Below, piece after piece: positions 1-13,630 of a stretch of 64,000 nucleotides of DNA. Location: positions 27,838,001 to 27,902,000 of the forward strand of contig OX597828.1 of the NCBI GenBank assembly GCA_951406725.2, in the 5' to 3' direction. The translations under genes and the position numbers were made by a program. Position 1 is the first letter of the stretch, and every line of letters begins with the position of its first letter. Origin of the DNA: Octopus vulgaris (lineage: Eukaryota). Under the pieces are notes generated by a model. The model searched no databases. It worked only from the letters and a program-made list of their open reading frames with translations, and was not told the origin of the DNA.

Positions 1-1269
1 AAAAAAAAGATGTCACATATAAATAAAATTTGAAGGTCAAATTAAAAATTACAAAAGTTAATTTTTAAGAAACAGAAATTTTCTGAAAACAATCTCTAAA
101 ATATAATTTTTTTTTAATTGAGTCTGAGCAACAACATAGAAATCTGCATTCTTTATGTAATTATTGTCTAAATACATATGAATAACTCTCTAGAAAAGAA
201 ATACTCATTTTTCTCCAATAAAACAGATATAAGCACACAGATTAATATACCAACATATATATATATATACTAAATTAAACCATATATTTATTTTCTTTCT
301 AATGTATTTTGAATACTTCTAAAAGTATTTCCAGTGTGTGTACGTCTGTTTATCTGTTTCTTGATCTTTGCAAATGCTTCTCATACACAATATCTTACAC
401 ATTTCTGAAATATATATATATCTTAGTTTGATTGTAAAATTATTTTAACATTCAAATACAAGTGTTTATTTCTGACCAGTTTCAAACTTGATAGATTTTA
501 AAAGACACAAAATTCAAGTAAAAGCCAAAAAATAAAGGTTCTTTATAACATTGCTTCGTAATGTAAATAGCTTTATGGTAATGAATCTCCAGTACAATTA
601 TTTACCATCTTTGCAAACGGAATATAGATCGGCTTCACTCAAGGTTTCACTCGGGTACTACAGGAGCTAGCCAAAGCTGCAAGGCAAATGCTAATGAAAA
701 TACAAAAATAAGTGGACTTACAAGTTCTACGAATAATTTTCAATTTGCCATTACTTTGGCACAAATATATATAGAAGCAATGAAAAATAAAAATAAAGAA
801 TGAGTAATTTGGAAGAATTTTAATGAAATTATCAAACATAGCTATATCAAACAGCATATGGCTTTATAGTATTGGACAGGAATTTGACAGAATTAGTGAC
901 ATAAAAGATCAAAGCACCAGGAATCTATTAAAAAGCATCACATACTATAACAAATTAGACATTCAACATCTGTATTCTAAGAAGTAAAGGTAGCAAGGGA
1001 CTGCTAAGTATACACTAAACAAATTAGATAGGTAATTACTATTACTACACACTAAGCTCTCTCTAACTTGTATGAAAACCTGTTCCTTGTCACTGTGGAA
1101 TGGAAAAACACTAAATCAATCCTTAGAGGTACAGTGAAACGATTGCAAGAATTCCACTTGCATTGAACTCAGTTCTGAAGTTTAGGCAGTTCCTTAAAAA
1201 TAAATGATGTAGAAATAGGCACAGAAACATCTGTAGTAAAGGACCATGAAGGACTCTCTGTGCATAGAA

Positions 1270-1515
1270 GGTGATTTCCTTGTTATCATTGTCATCGTTA
1301 TTTGTCAGCAGCATTGTCATCATCTTCATTCTCACCATCATCTTCACCATTCTTATGCTTATCACCATTCTTGTCATCATTTCAGTTATCATCATTGTCA
1401 TCATCATCATCACCACCACAATCATCATCTTTATCACCATCATTATCTTCCTTGTTATCTTCGTCATCTTCTTGTCATCATCATCACTATCATTGTAATC
1501 ATCATCTTCAGTATC
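1270..1515. repeat. degenerate (ATC/TCA)n low-complexity tract
   Basis: Imperfect catcat/tcatct triplets; explains the His/Ile/Ser-rich pseudo-ORFs here. Confidence 0.9.
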
Positions 1516-1732
1516 ACCCTCCCTGGTTGAACTTGCTCGGATTTCCTTGGCTTGATCATGTCACTTATTATGATCCACACCTGGTATTGAGGTCAGTGGA
1601 GTAATATCCTATGGTCAGTAAAGGGCTTGTCAGTGAAGATTCTTTTTTACTGGGCTGCAAGGGATGTCATAGAAGTGAATGACTAAAGACGCCTTGCTTA
1701 GCTTTCTGACAATGCTCTACAAATTGCATGCA

Positions 1733-1750
1733 TCTCTCTCTCTCTCTCTC

Positions 1751-1814
<64 letters not shown>
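1733..1814. repeat. (CT)n microsatellite
   Basis: Near-perfect dinucleotide run. Confidence 0.97.
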
Positions 1815-1816
<2 letters not shown>

Positions 1817-1910
1817 GGCATCAGTGATTGCAAAAAGAGTCTCCTGTTTTGGCACAAACTGATTGATGGAAAGCATCATTGCAAGATTTTATTTTATGTT
1901 TACTCATAAC

Positions 1911-2075
1911 TGCAGGTGTGGCTGTGTGGTAAGAAGTTTACTTCCCAATATCATGGTTGCAGGTTCAGTTCCACTGCATGTCACCTCAGGCAGGTGTCTT
2001 CTTCTATAGCCCTTGGTCTACTTAAAGCCAAAGTGTTTGGATTTGGTAGACAGAAATTGAAAGAAACCCATTGTA
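1911..2075 (+). mobile_element. SINE group A, 5' half (tRNA head plus CORE-like block)
   Basis: A-box-like tggctgtgtggtaag, B-box-like ggttcagttcc, then ggatttggtagacagaaattgaaagaa; aligns to the full copy at 3346. Confidence 0.8.
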
Positions 2076-2174
2076 TGTGTGTGTGTGTATATATATCATT
2101 CTAAGTTTCTGCAGTTTGAAAACTTAGGTGTGTGTGTGTGTGTAAATATATATGTTTGTATATAAATATGTGTA

Positions 2175-2208
<34 letters not shown>

Positions 2209-2285
2209 AATATGTTTGTGTGTATATATATATATAGTGTATATATATATATATATATATATATGTTTGTGTGGGTATATATGTA

Positions 2286-2333
<48 letters not shown>

Positions 2334-2430
2334 TATACATAAACACACACACACCCACACACATACACACATATATATACATATATACATACACACACAT
2401 GCACACCCGGACACACATACCCACAAGTAC
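2075..2430. repeat. compound (TA)/(TG)/(CA) microsatellite
   Basis: Direct reading. Confidence 0.95.
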
Positions 2431-2910
2431 ACCTAGTCATGTTCAGACATTCTTTTTGAAGTGTTCATAACGGTTTCCCTCATTTTATGTTCATTTGTCC
2501 TTTGTTATTTCTCCTCTCTGTATTTGTCATGGCTTCTACTTGTATATACATGCATGTTTGTCCATATACAGCTTCAGTATTGATTCTTTACATACATAAA
2601 TATATGTGTGTTTGTATACGTGTGTGTGTGTAGAAGGATATTTTTGATGCATGTCTAATGTGTATATGAATGCATCTTAACATGTCCAGTCCAGTTTTCT
2701 TTACACTCAGATATATAATTGTATATCTATTGTCAATTTTCTTTATGGAAAAAGTGACAAGGATGAAGATCTTTATCTATTACTAGTGCTTAGAATAAGT
2801 TGTTGTAATAGTTACATTCCTACTTGATAATATTATTGAGTGGAGGAAGTAATATAACTTGAAATAGGATAGGACCTAAGAAACGTGCTGAGTACACGGA
2901 AAAGAAATAT

Positions 2911-3306
2911 TCTTTTCTACTCGAGGCACAAGGCCTGAAATTTTAGGGGTACAGGAAGGCAGTGGATTACATCAACCCCAGTGTTCCACTGGTACTTATT
3001 TTATTGACTCTGAAAGGTTGAAAGGCAAAATTGACCTTGGCAGAATTTGAACTCAGAATGTGACGACAGATAAAATGCTGCAACCTGAGGACTAATATTG
3101 ATTATAATAATCCCTTCTACGAAAGGGACAAGGCCCGAAATTTTAGGGGGAGGGGAAGGCAGTGGATTACATCAACCCCAGTGTTCCACTGGTACTTATT
3201 TTATTGACTCTGAAAGGTTGAAAGGCAAAGTTGACCTTGGCAGAATTTGAACTCAGAATGTAAAGACAAACGAAATATCGCTAAGCATTTCACTCGGCAC
3301 ACTAAC
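2911..3306 (-). mobile_element. two tandem SINE group B copies (tRNA head; gcctttcatcctttcggggtcgataaa..aagtaccag central domain, Meta/MESC-like)
   Basis: Both contain aggcacaaggcc..ccccagt..ctggtactta..gaaaggcaaa..gaatttgaactcagaa, at an offset of exactly 200 bp. Confidence 0.85.
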
Positions 3307-3345
3307 AGAAAAGAAACATTATGCTCTGTTAGTTTGCGAACGATA

Positions 3346-3746
3346 GGCGCAGGAGTGGCTGTGTGGTAAGTAGCTTGTTTACCAACCACATGGATCCGGG
3401 TTCAGTCCCACTGCGTGGAACCTTAGGTAAGTGTCTTCTACTATAGCCTCGGGCCGACCAAAGCCTTGTGAGTGGATTTGGTAGACGGAAACTGAAAAGA
3501 AGCCCGTCGTATATATGTATATATATGTATATGTGTGTGTGTGTTTGTGTTTGTCCCCCTCCATCATTGCTTGACAACCGATGCAGTTGTGTGTTTACGT
3601 CCCTGTCACTTAGCAGTTCGGCAAAAGAGACCGATAGAATAAGTACTGGGCTTACAAAGAATAAGTCCCATGGTCGATTTCTTCGACTAAAGGCGGTGCT
3701 CCAGCATGGCCGCAGTCAAATAACTGAAACAAGTAAAAGAGTAAAA
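3346..3746 (+). mobile_element. SINE group A, full-length young copy (tRNA-derived, CORE-like, internal TA/TG microsatellite, gtaaaaga tail)
   Basis: ggcgcaggagtggctgtgtggtaag (A box), gggttcagtccc (B box), CpGs retained; near-identical to the minus-strand copy at 9385-9800. Confidence 0.92.
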
Positions 3747-4109
3747 AAATATGAGAGTAAAGGGGGAATAGCTGTGGGTTTTTTTTGTCAGTGCAGACAT
3801 GTTTGTGTGGTTAAGCAGCTTGTTTTCCAATCACCAAGTTTTTTCCACCCCATCATACCTTGGAAGAGTGTCTTCTATGGCTCCAGTTGACCAAAGCCAT
3901 TTCAGTGAACTTGGGAGACAGAAACTATGTGGATCCCATTAGAGGAGGTGATCTTGTGTCAGTGATGAAAGGTTATAGTAAGACAGAGAGACAGAAGCAG
4001 GTGTCTTGCTATAGAGGAGGTACATTGTTACCTGGCCTGAGAGAGAAGCAAGGAGTGAGTATGAACGGGAATGAGGATAGGAACTTTTCAGCCCCCTTTC
4101 ATATATATC

Positions 4110-4478
4110 TTATATTGTTTATTTGTGTTAGTCATTAAACTCAGGCTATGCTGGAGCACTGCCTAGAAGAATATTTATTTAAACAGATCATCTCCAGAAC
4201 TTTAAAGCCTGGTATTTATTCCATCAGCCTCTTTTGCTGAACTGCTAAGTTATAGAGATGCAAACACACCAATACCAGTTGTCAAGCAGTGGTGGGGGAC
4301 AAGCACACACATAGATATATATATATATATGTACACACACACACACACACGACAGTCTTCTTTCAGTTTTTATCAACCAAATCCACTCACAAGGCTTGGT
4401 GAGCCCACGGTGCCATGTAGAGGGAGTGAACCCCAAACCATGTAGTTAGGAACCAAGCTTCTTACCACACAGCCATGT
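4110..4478 (-). mobile_element. SINE group A, diverged copy
   Basis: gctggagcactgcc..ctgctaagtta..aatccactcacaaggc..cttaccacacagcc. Confidence 0.8.
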
Positions 4479-4489
4479 GTGTGACCTTG

Positions 4490-4687
4490 TCTTGACATCA
4501 CATGATTTTTGTGTCTGAAATTCCATTCATTTCCAGTAATATTTCGCCATATTTGGCCATGGAAAAATATTGCCTGGCTTGGAAACAGGTAAAGGTTGGT
4601 AACTGGAAGGGCATCCAGCTGTAGAAAATCTTCCCCAATAAATATGCAAGCATGGAAAAGTGGATGTTAAAATGATGATGATGATGC
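4490..4687 (+). mobile_element. group C element (RTE-LINE-type 3' tail ending in (TGA)n)
   Basis: ggaagggcatccagctgtagaaa..gcatggaaaagtggatgttaaaatgatgatg; same tail as the LINE at 61022. Confidence 0.8.
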
Positions 4688-4719
4688 TGTTTAGTTTTTA
4701 TCATGAAGTTACAACTGTG

Positions 4720-5100
4720 ATGACTAACAGGTAGTAAACCACTTCCAAAAGTACCATTGTGTGACTAAAGTTCTTTTTAAGATTAGGCATCTAGTAACTT
4801 TCATTTGTGGAAGGCTGTATTTGTTATGAACTTGAACTGTTCTCTGGACTAAGAGGAACAGGTGGATACACATGGACAGAAGGGTCATTGAAGAGGTCAC
4901 AGATGTGTGATGAACGATTTCTGGACAATGGACATAAGATAGAATAGGAACAGTAATAAACAAGTGAAGAATGAATATATAGTGTGTGTGTTTATTTGGC
5001 ATGTAAAATTTTAAAATTACTATCCTGAAATATAACAATATCTGTTTCAACATATGGTCCCACATCAAGAATCTTGCAACACAAATTCATAAAACTAAAC
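4720..5100 (+). mobile_element. non-autonomous Penelope-like/hammerhead element, family 2 (decayed)
   Basis: gaaatataacaatatctgtttcaaca..aatcttgca..caaat matches the reverse complement of 14417-14513. An upstream hammerhead-like motif lies at 4883-4926. Outer boundaries are approximate. Confidence 0.6.
4883..4926 (+). ncRNA. degenerate minimal hammerhead ribozyme motif
   Basis: TTGAAGA-G-GTCAC-agatgt-GTGAT-GAAC-G-at-T-TC-tggac; same geometry as 14567-14611. Confidence 0.5.
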
Positions 5101-5361
5101 TATTTATCAATTAAAATCTTTATTTTTGACCTCAGATTTTAATAATAACTAAAGCAAACCAACATGTTTATTTGATATTGCTAAGAATTTGTGACACAGA
5201 CACAGTTGTCAGTAAAAATTAGTGTGAAATAGTGAGTGTATCTATTGTTTGTTAGTTTTGCTTAAGAATCTGACAGGTTTTGATTTTATATTCATAAACC
5301 AAAGGGTATTGTCAAAAAGTCTTGAATATGATAGCAGAGGAAATTAGTTCAGCTCCAGTTT

Positions 5362-5372
5362 GTAGCAGTAGC

Positions 5373-5415
<43 letters not shown>
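5362..5415. repeat. (GTA)n microsatellite
   Basis: Direct reading. Confidence 0.95.
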
Positions 5416-5416
<1 letters not shown>

Positions 5417-6046
5417 GCCATTTAAAATTCCACTGAATGGATTTTGACTTTATTTGCATTTGATTACCTGAGCTAGTGCCCATGGTCTTTTCAAAGCATT
5501 CCTTAAATGGCACATGAGAGTAATTATGTGTTCTGCGTGAATCATGTCGGGGAGACACGGACCTGTCCTCACTGCCAGAAATGTCATATACTAACGCTTT
5601 TTACCTCAAACAAAAAGAGAAAGTATTTTTGAAGTACACCTGATTGAGGATTGAAATAAGGTAAAAATTACCCCACCACTACCACCACCACCACCAACAA
5701 CAACAACGTTTATTGATGTAAGTTAGGAGTGAGTTGGTAATTTGAGATGAGTGCTTGACAAGAAAGAGTTCAAATGAAACTTCGTCACTTTTTGTTCAGA
5801 AAGAATGATCTTTGGGGTATTCTTAATTTCATAGGATATAAGTTCCATCAATAGAGATTGGAATAGAGAGGAAATTGGCAAGGAAATTGACTAGCTGGGG
5901 GCAAGGTTCTCTGAATATTCTGTATCGTTGTACTGTGTAGTAAGGTATATTTGTGTACGTCCTTCATATACAGCCTTTATGAGTGTGTGAGTATGCATGT
6001 ATACATATATATATGTATGTACATTATATGTGTGTGTGTGTATGTG

Positions 6047-6082
<36 letters not shown>

Positions 6083-6121
6083 GATAAATCTATATATATA
6101 TATATATTCTTATTATCTTAA

Positions 6122-6176
<55 letters not shown>

Positions 6177-6490
6177 CATATATATATAAATCACTGAGAC
6201 ATATTTGTCAATCTATATGAATCTGATGTATTCTGTATTGCTATGGCTGTTTAATTTGGGCAAGTGTGTGTGTGAGAGAGAGAGAGAGAGTGTGTGTGTG
6301 TCTACATGCTTGTGTAGAGGGGGGCATATGCACAAATGTTAGCAGAACCCTTTCGCTATACAGCATAAGACTCAGTAGTATGTAAATATATTCATTAGTT
6401 TATATGTCAAGTGTATACACTGGCAGATTTCTCTTTTGTTAATATATACATAAATGCATATATATATATGTGGGTGTTTTTACACACACA

Positions 6491-6534
<44 letters not shown>

Positions 6535-7401
6535 GTTTATTTAAATATGTTACTCTTGCAAATCTTTACTTATCTTGATTATCTATGGTTTGCAGCACAT
6601 CTCTTTTGATGTATCTCATTTGCATTTGTTCATTTTGATACATTTTCAATTAAATTCATTTTGTGTATGGTGGAATTTGTATTCGATTCTATTTAGAACT
6701 GTTCATTTATGTAAGTCTGATAATGTCCCCTATAAATGTGAAGTACATTAGCATACACAAACTCTCTCTCCCTCTCTCTATCTCTCTTTGCATCTCATAC
6801 ACACACACACACACACTCATACAATTCCATGCACAATAATCTAACCACTTTACTCGTTGAAATTTTTTCTTTAAAAAAAGATGTATCTATATTATATTGG
6901 ATTAGCTAATATAATTCTTTAATCAAATGAAAGCCAAAATATTTTTCTTTCAAAATGTTTTTTTTTTTTTTAAATGATATTCAAGGGAAGTAATCAATGG
7001 ATGCATAAGTAAAACAATAAGTTGTCACATTTTTCTTTTCCTCTCTATTTTTCACAATAGAATGTAATTCATGACAGCTCATAAACACATTCACATACAT
7101 CCTCAAAGTCATCAGATATATATTCATTACATTTGTACTGATGAAAATCTCTCAGAATGCTTTATTATATTCAATATCTTTATTGCATTTCCTTTCTACT
7201 TTAAATGAATCCTTTTATTTTATTGTGATGAAACTTTTTTTCTTATTTTCGTTTTTTATGTATACATCTACAGAGTATATTTAAAGTGTTCTTTTAATAT
7301 TAACAAAGATTATTTATCTAGAAGCCGTCAACTACTTCTAAGAGCCCTTCTAGAAGTCTTTAAAAGAACTTATTATTCCAAAGGTTCTCTGAATGCTAAT
7401 A

Positions 7402-7744
7402 GTAGTAGTGACCCCCTTCGGTCAGACACTGACCATGGGTTTGCACCTAGAGAGTTACTCTCTGAGGCACAAGTCTGGGCAAGGTTGTTTCATGGAAGAC
7501 CAGCAGTCGCCCATGCATACCAGTCTCCCCTCTCCACGTCACCGATGTTGTCCAAGGGAAAGGCAAGGGCCGATACAGCTTGGCACCTGTGACGTCACAA
7601 CTAATTTCTACAGCTGAGTGAACTGGAGCAACGTGAAATAAAGTGTCTTGCTCAAGAACACAACACGCAGCCCGGTCCGGGATTCGGGCTCACAACCTCA
7701 CGATCGTAAGCTCGACGCTCTAACCACTGAGCCACGCGCCTTCA
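7402..7744 (-). mobile_element. SINE group D (tRNA head plus gtgttcttgagcaagacactt CORE-like block), with TSD
   Basis: Minus strand reads gaaggcgcgtggctcagtggttagagcg. TSD ctgaatgctaata at 7389-7401 and 7745-7757; (TAC)n tail. Confidence 0.9.
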
Positions 7745-8004
7745 CTGAATGCTAATACCTCGTGCATATCTGTGACATATGAAGTCTCCTCTTTATGTCA
7801 TCTTATTTTTGATCCCACTGCATTTGTGTGCCCTTTGTTGACATAGGGTCCACCATACAGAAATCATCCCTATTTGTTTTCTGTTTGTTGACCATTGTCT
7901 CTTCCCAGATGGAAGCCCTGTCGTTTCTCTGCAAGACTTATCCATTCTAGAATTTCCATGTCTGAAATCTCTTCTCTGATTCTTCAACTCATTCATACCC
8001 CCTT

Positions 8005-8393
8005 ATCTTGTACTGCTTTCAGTCATTGGAGCAAGGCCATGCTGGGACTCTTCTTTCAAAAGTAGAGTTGACCCCAGAACTTATATATTTTAAGCCTGGA
8101 ATTTATTGCGTTGATTTCTTATGCCAAACCGCTGAGTTATTGGGACATAAACCAGCCACCACTAGTTGTCAAGCAGTGATGGTGATGGTGGTCAAACACC
8201 TTTACAAAGACACATACACACACATATAAGACAGGCTTCCACACGGTTTTCATCAACCGAATTCACTCACAAGTCATTGGTTAGCCCAGGGCCATAGTAG
8301 AAGATACTTGTCCAAAATGTCTCACAGTGGGATCGATCTTAGAATCATGTTATTACAAAACAAGCCTCTTAACCACACAACCAGGCCTACACC
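8005..8393 (-). mobile_element. SINE group A, diverged
   Basis: tttcagtcatt..gccatgctggg..attcactcacaag..atagtagaagatactt..aaccacacaacc. Confidence 0.8.
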
Positions 8394-8640
8394 TACTCAG
8401 CTATACCTGAAGAGTCTCATGATAAATGTTTTCTTTCAATGACCTGTTAAGTTTTTTTTTTGTTTTATTTATATTGTTGAAGAATATTATTTATGTACAA
8501 AAGAACTTCACATATTAAATATTAAGAGTAAATTTAATGAAAACTAAAACTAAAACTTCGTGTGAAAATATTGTTAAGATTTAAATTCAATAACTTGCAA
8601 ACAAATAGCCTGTTAATTATGGAAACTAAATTGAATTGAT

Positions 8641-8940
8641 TGTGAAGGCAAATGGTCTAGTATTTAGAGCAGCAGACTTGTGGTCGAGGGATCACAGGTT
8701 TCAATCTCAGACCGGGTGATGTGTGTGTTTATGAGCAAAATACCTAAGCTCCATGCAGAAAGTAATGGCAAACTTCTGCTGACTCTTTCGCCACAACTTT
8801 CTCTCACTCTCTCTTCCTGCATCTAGCAGCTAACCTGAAATGGACTGGCGTTCCATCCAGGTGGGGAACCTATACTCCAATGAAACTGGGAAACTGGCCC
8901 TTATGAGCCAGGCATGGCTCTAGAAAGAACAAACAACAAT
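8641..8940 (+). mobile_element. SINE group D, second head type
   Basis: Head aligns to 37218-37400; 3' part (atggactggcgttccatccag..cttatgagcc) aligns to the element at 23173. Confidence 0.75.
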
Positions 8941-9147
8941 AAATGGGATTGATCAACTACTATTGAACTATCAGCAACCTCCAAATCTGTAAGTTTTGTC
9001 GTGTATTTCATAAGTGTTCTTCTGTGGCTAATCCCAGGGATTTTCTTAGGGTAAGTGTGGTTGGGTTTGTTTAAGGTAGTAATTGACTATTGTACAAGCA
9101 GATTATACAAGTAGAACCTCCTTGTATTCATAATTCTTTCTAATCTT

Positions 9148-9347
9148 TGTTACAAGGCCGGCAATTCTGAGGTGAAGGGGAAATTGGTTACATCAACCCC
9201 AGTGCTCAACTGGTACTTATTTTATTGACCCCAAAAAGATGAAAGACAAAGTTAAACTCAGCAGCATTTGAACTCTGAACATCAGGAGCAGAAGAAATGC
9301 CATCAGACATTTTGTCTGGCACAGTAATGATTCTTCCAGCTTGCCAT
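9148..9347 (-). mobile_element. SINE group B
   Basis: acaaggcc..caaccccagtgctcaactggtactta..tttgaactctgaac. Confidence 0.8.
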
Positions 9348-9384
9348 CTTTCTTTGTATTCATAGCACTAGTTTTCTTTTTATT

Positions 9385-9800
9385 CTTTATCTCTTTTACT
9401 CTTTTACTTGTTTCAGTCATTTGACTGCAGCCATGCTGGAGCACCGCCTTTAGTTGAGCAAATCGACCCCGGGACTTATTCTTTGTAAGCCCAATACTTA
9501 TTGTATCGGTCTCTTTTTTGCCGAACCACTATGTGACGGGGACGTAAACACACCAGCATCGGTTGTCAAGCAATGCTAGGGGACAAACACAGACACACAA
9601 ACACACACACACACATATACATATATATACATATATACAACAGGCTTCTTTCAGTTTCCGTCTACCAAATCCACTCACAAGGCATTGGTTGGCCCGGGGC
9701 TATAGCAGAAGACACTTGCCCAAGATGCCACGCAGTGGGACTGAACCCGGAACCATGTGGTTGGTTAGCAAGCTACTTACCACACAGCCACTCCTGCGCC
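9385..9800 (-). mobile_element. SINE group A, full-length young copy
   Basis: Reverse complement of 3346-3746; ends cacacagccactcctgcgcc. Confidence 0.92.
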
Positions 9801-11419
9801 TTGATAGATTTAGTTAAGAAATTTTCACCTATCTCAGTTTCCTTGCTTTTTTTTTTTCTTCGTCTCACAATATTTGACTTGGGATTGAAACGACATACAC
9901 AGCGTTAGAATTTAGTTCCATTGATCAAACATTGATGTCCATCTGATAAAAAAAGGAAACACAAAAAAAAAAAGAAAGAAAAAGCCATGCTTGGCTTTGA
10001 GCATTCGTCAACTATTTTATTACTGTGATTTATATATTTCTAATAAAAATTATTTTATATGGAGGGAAACTATATAAATAACAGAAATCAACGTTAGTTT
10101 TGAAGCTTTAAAACGTCATTTTTATATCTTTGTTGATGAAGTATAATTTCCATAGAGATTGAAAATTTCCAATCTTCTCTTGCATAACTTAGAGATATTG
10201 CAGGATTTGTGTAGAACATAGCCAACAGACAAGCAGATAGTCGAGCTGTGTGTCTATCTCATCTCTTATGGGCTTTCATTCATCTTCCTTCTTCCATCTT
10301 CCATCCATGGGTTGTTGAAATTTTAGTAAAACTAGTTTGTAACAAACAATGCAATAGAAATTGGAGAAACCGATGCCGAACGGGAAGTTGAAGAAAGAAA
10401 CCGAGAACATCTTTTAGACTGGTAGAATTCACATGAAAATTGCTGCTAGGATAAGGGAAATGAGAGGAGATGGTGGCGGGGGGGAGCATGAGGGAGTAAG
10501 AGAAAGAAAGTGAAGAGAAGAATATGAGAAATGGTGAAGAAGAACAACAAAATCAATGTCCAAGCATAGCCTATAATCTATCAATAGAATAAGAAACTCA
10601 TCCAGGTCCACAGTTTACAACAGCTTTGGATAGAGTTACCCTAACCCCAAACTTTAATTTAGTTTTCAATTTAACATTAAATTGAATTTCTCTCTCTCTC
10701 ACCTCTTTCTTCATTCTTTTCCATTTCATTGAGTTACTTTTTTTGTTTTTTTTTAATCTCTTTACCATTTCTATTCCTTTTGGAAATGTTTTTTTTTTCT
10801 TTCCTTTGCCTCTTTTTTTTTGTTGTTGTTGTTGTTTTTTTTTTCCTCGGATTTCATTTCCTTTCTCTGTTTCGTATATCCTTCTAGTCCTACTCTCAGC
10901 ATCCATTCTCACAATGTAATGAACACACTGTTCCATCATTTTTCTATCCCAGTTTCCACTTGCCACATTTCCTGTCCTCAGCTCCTTCTTTCACACTCGT
11001 CATGAAAACCTTTGCCCTTCCCCTCTGGACACTAGACCAATCTTATCCAAATTAGGTTTTTGCTTTCTGTCCTTTACTTCCACCCTTCACCCCAACCGCC
11101 AAATACCACCCACCACCACCCACCCACCACCATTTCATTTCTCTCCTGCAACTAACTGTCCAGAAATCCATCTTTGCCTTATCCTAACTTCATTCCAGTA
11201 TGAGATCAAGCCTTTGGTGTTAAGAAACCTGATATGTTCATAGAGTCACATAATACATGCATTGCCTCCTTCATCTCTCTCTCTCTCTCTCTCTTGTGTA
11301 TGTTCATTTTAGATACAGAAATACAAACTGTTAAGTTTTCATCTATCACTTTTTTCTTGTTTTGTTGTAGGTTTTTGTTTTATTATATTTTTTTTTCAAA
11401 CCAAAGATTGGTTTCGTTT

Positions 11420-11458
<39 letters not shown>

Positions 11459-11569
11459 CTTTCTGTTTAGAGCAGAATCCCTGTTCTCACTTCCTCATTT
11501 GAAACGTTTTCTTCCTCAGGTTGTTGATGCAAGATAAAATGCAATTCTGGCTAAAACAAATAAAGAGAA

Positions 11570-12130
11570 AAAGGAGGAAGGGGGGGAGGAGAAGGAGGAG
11601 AAAAAGGTGGTGGTGGTGGTGGTGGTGGTGGTAGTGATAATGACAGTGATGATGTGGTGCAGTGTGCAAGTGTTGATGACTATGATGATTGTGGTGATGA
11701 TGATGATGAGGAGGAGGAGGAGGAGGAGAAGGATGATTGATAATGACAATGATTGAGGTGGTGGTCATGGTGGCGATGAGGATGATGAGGATGATGAAGA
11801 TGATGAAATGTTCTGCTATCACTTCACTGGTACTACTAATAATAACTATGAAATAATTTTCTTTTTTCAAAAATATAAAATAAACAACAAAAAAAAAGGT
11901 GATAACTCACTTGTATCTCCATCAACACCACCAGAAGCAATGAATGCAATAATTATACTACTACTACTACTACCAACAACAACACCACCACCACAAAGAA
12001 GTACAAGAATTATTATAATATATTGGTAATAATAATAATAAGTATTGGTAATAATAAAAATATTGGTAATAATAATAATAATTTTTTTAATAATAATAAT
12101 AATAATAATAATGATAATAATAATCACTAC
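11570..12130. repeat. mosaic trinucleotide tracts (GGT, GAT, GAG, CTA, TAA)
   Basis: Direct reading; source of the poly-His/Pro/Ile pseudo-ORFs. Confidence 0.9.
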
Positions 12131-12679
12131 CAATACTATCAACTCCTTTTAAGAAAATAGAAAAAAAAAAAAAGAAAATCAAGAACAAGTGCAACCAAAC
12201 TGAAATCCACTCGCTACTATTACTGTCAAGAACAAGAATGATAAGAAGCAAATTGATAACCAGCACCAACTAGAACGGTTATAGCAACACTAATAACAGG
12301 AATAATTTATTACAGAGAGATATCGTTATTATTTTGTCTGCTGACACATCTCAGACATCGGTGGGGAATCTGGTGGTTTCACCCCTTAAGTGTACTTTAG
12401 AGAATTATACAATTTGATTTTTACCGATTCCGTTGCTTCCTCCTCTTTCCTATTGCTAATTCTCTCTTGAGAGTTAAGCTTCCCATTTATTTTTGCATCA
12501 TTAGCCTCGTTAGCGACTGCAACTTTCAGTAGTTGTAGCATTTTGTATCCCCAAGGTTGCCACCAAAATTAAAATTATATTTGATAATAACTGTTTTCAG
12601 TTTCTGGCACAAGGCCAGCATTTTTTAGAAGGGTTGGTGGGGAGGGTGTAGTTGATTAGTGATCAACTGGTTTTTATTT

Positions 12680-12997
12680 TGGTGCATGTAAAAAGCACCA
12701 TCCGAACGTGGCCAATGCCAGTACCCCCTGACTGCCCCCACCGTGCCAGTGGCACATAAAAAGCACTATCCAAACATGATTGATGCCAGGCCCACCTGAC
12801 TGCCTCCTGTGCTGGTGGCACATAAAAAGCACCAACTACACTATCGGAGTGGCTGGCATTAGGAAGAGCAGCTAGCTGTAGAAACATTGCCAGATCAGAT
12901 TGGAGCCTGGTGCAGCTCACTGTCTCTCCAGAGCTGTCTAACCGTCCAACCCATGCCAGCATGGAAAATGGATGTTAAACGATGATGATGATGATGA
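12680..12997 (+). mobile_element. group C element (RTE 3' UTR fragment) inserted in a group B SINE
   Basis: Three ggcac(a)taaaaagcac-like internal repeats and a (TGA)n tail. Group B pieces flank it at 12600-12680 and 12997-13085. Confidence 0.85.
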
Positions 12998-13174
12998 CCC
13001 TGAAAAATGAGAGGTAGTGATGACCTTTGTGGAATTTGAACTCAGAATGAAATGAGTCATTAAGCATTCTTTCTGGCATGAGAACACTTCTGCTAATTAG
13101 CTGTCCTAATTACTCAATGTATAATGATTTTATGAAATCACCAGCCCTATAATATTTGATAATGATGATAATGA

Positions 13175-13630
13175 TGGTTTCAAATTTTGGCACAAGGCCA
13201 GCAAGATTAGGGAGTGGATAAGTCTATTCCATCGATCCAGTGCTCAACTGGTACCTATTTTTATTGACACCGAAAGGAGTTTAATAAAAATGAAGAAGAA
13301 TTTGAACTCAAAATGTAAAGACAGATGAAATTCCACTAAGCACTTTTTCCAGCATATTAACAGTTCTGCCAGCTCTCCATTTTAATAATAATAATAATAA
13401 TGATGATAATAATAATAATACCTTTCTATTATAGGTACAAGGCTTGAAATTTGGGAGAGGGGACTAGTCAATTTCATCAACTCCAGTACTTGATTGGTAG
13501 TTTATTTTATCAAACCTGGTAAGATGAAAGGCAAAGTTGTCCTTGGCAGGATTTGAACTCAAAATGTGAAAAAAAAAATGGGACCAATACCACCAGGTAT
13601 TCTATTCAATACTCTGATAATTCTACCAAT
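13175..13630 (-). mobile_element. two adjacent SINE group B copies
   Basis: ggcacaaggcc..gaatttgaactca..ctgccagctc; second copy at 13420-13630. Confidence 0.8.

Noticed and set aside
5589-5666. tactaac branch-like motif followed by AAG|gtaaaa
   Set aside because: Purine-rich acceptor and no supporting reading frame; not testable without RNA data.
7793-7996. Possible decayed LINE C-terminus; similar coding-like islands at 22400-22890, 29860-30260 and 45260-45540
   Set aside because: No diagnostic motif could be read with confidence.
10336-10425. Protein-like frame FVTNNAIEIGETDAEREVEERNREHLLDW*
   Set aside because: Short, no polypyrimidine acceptor, no recognisable homology.
12358-12390. 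tcggtggg, resembling the miR-278 seed
   Set aside because: The rest diverges and there is no proper precursor hairpin.
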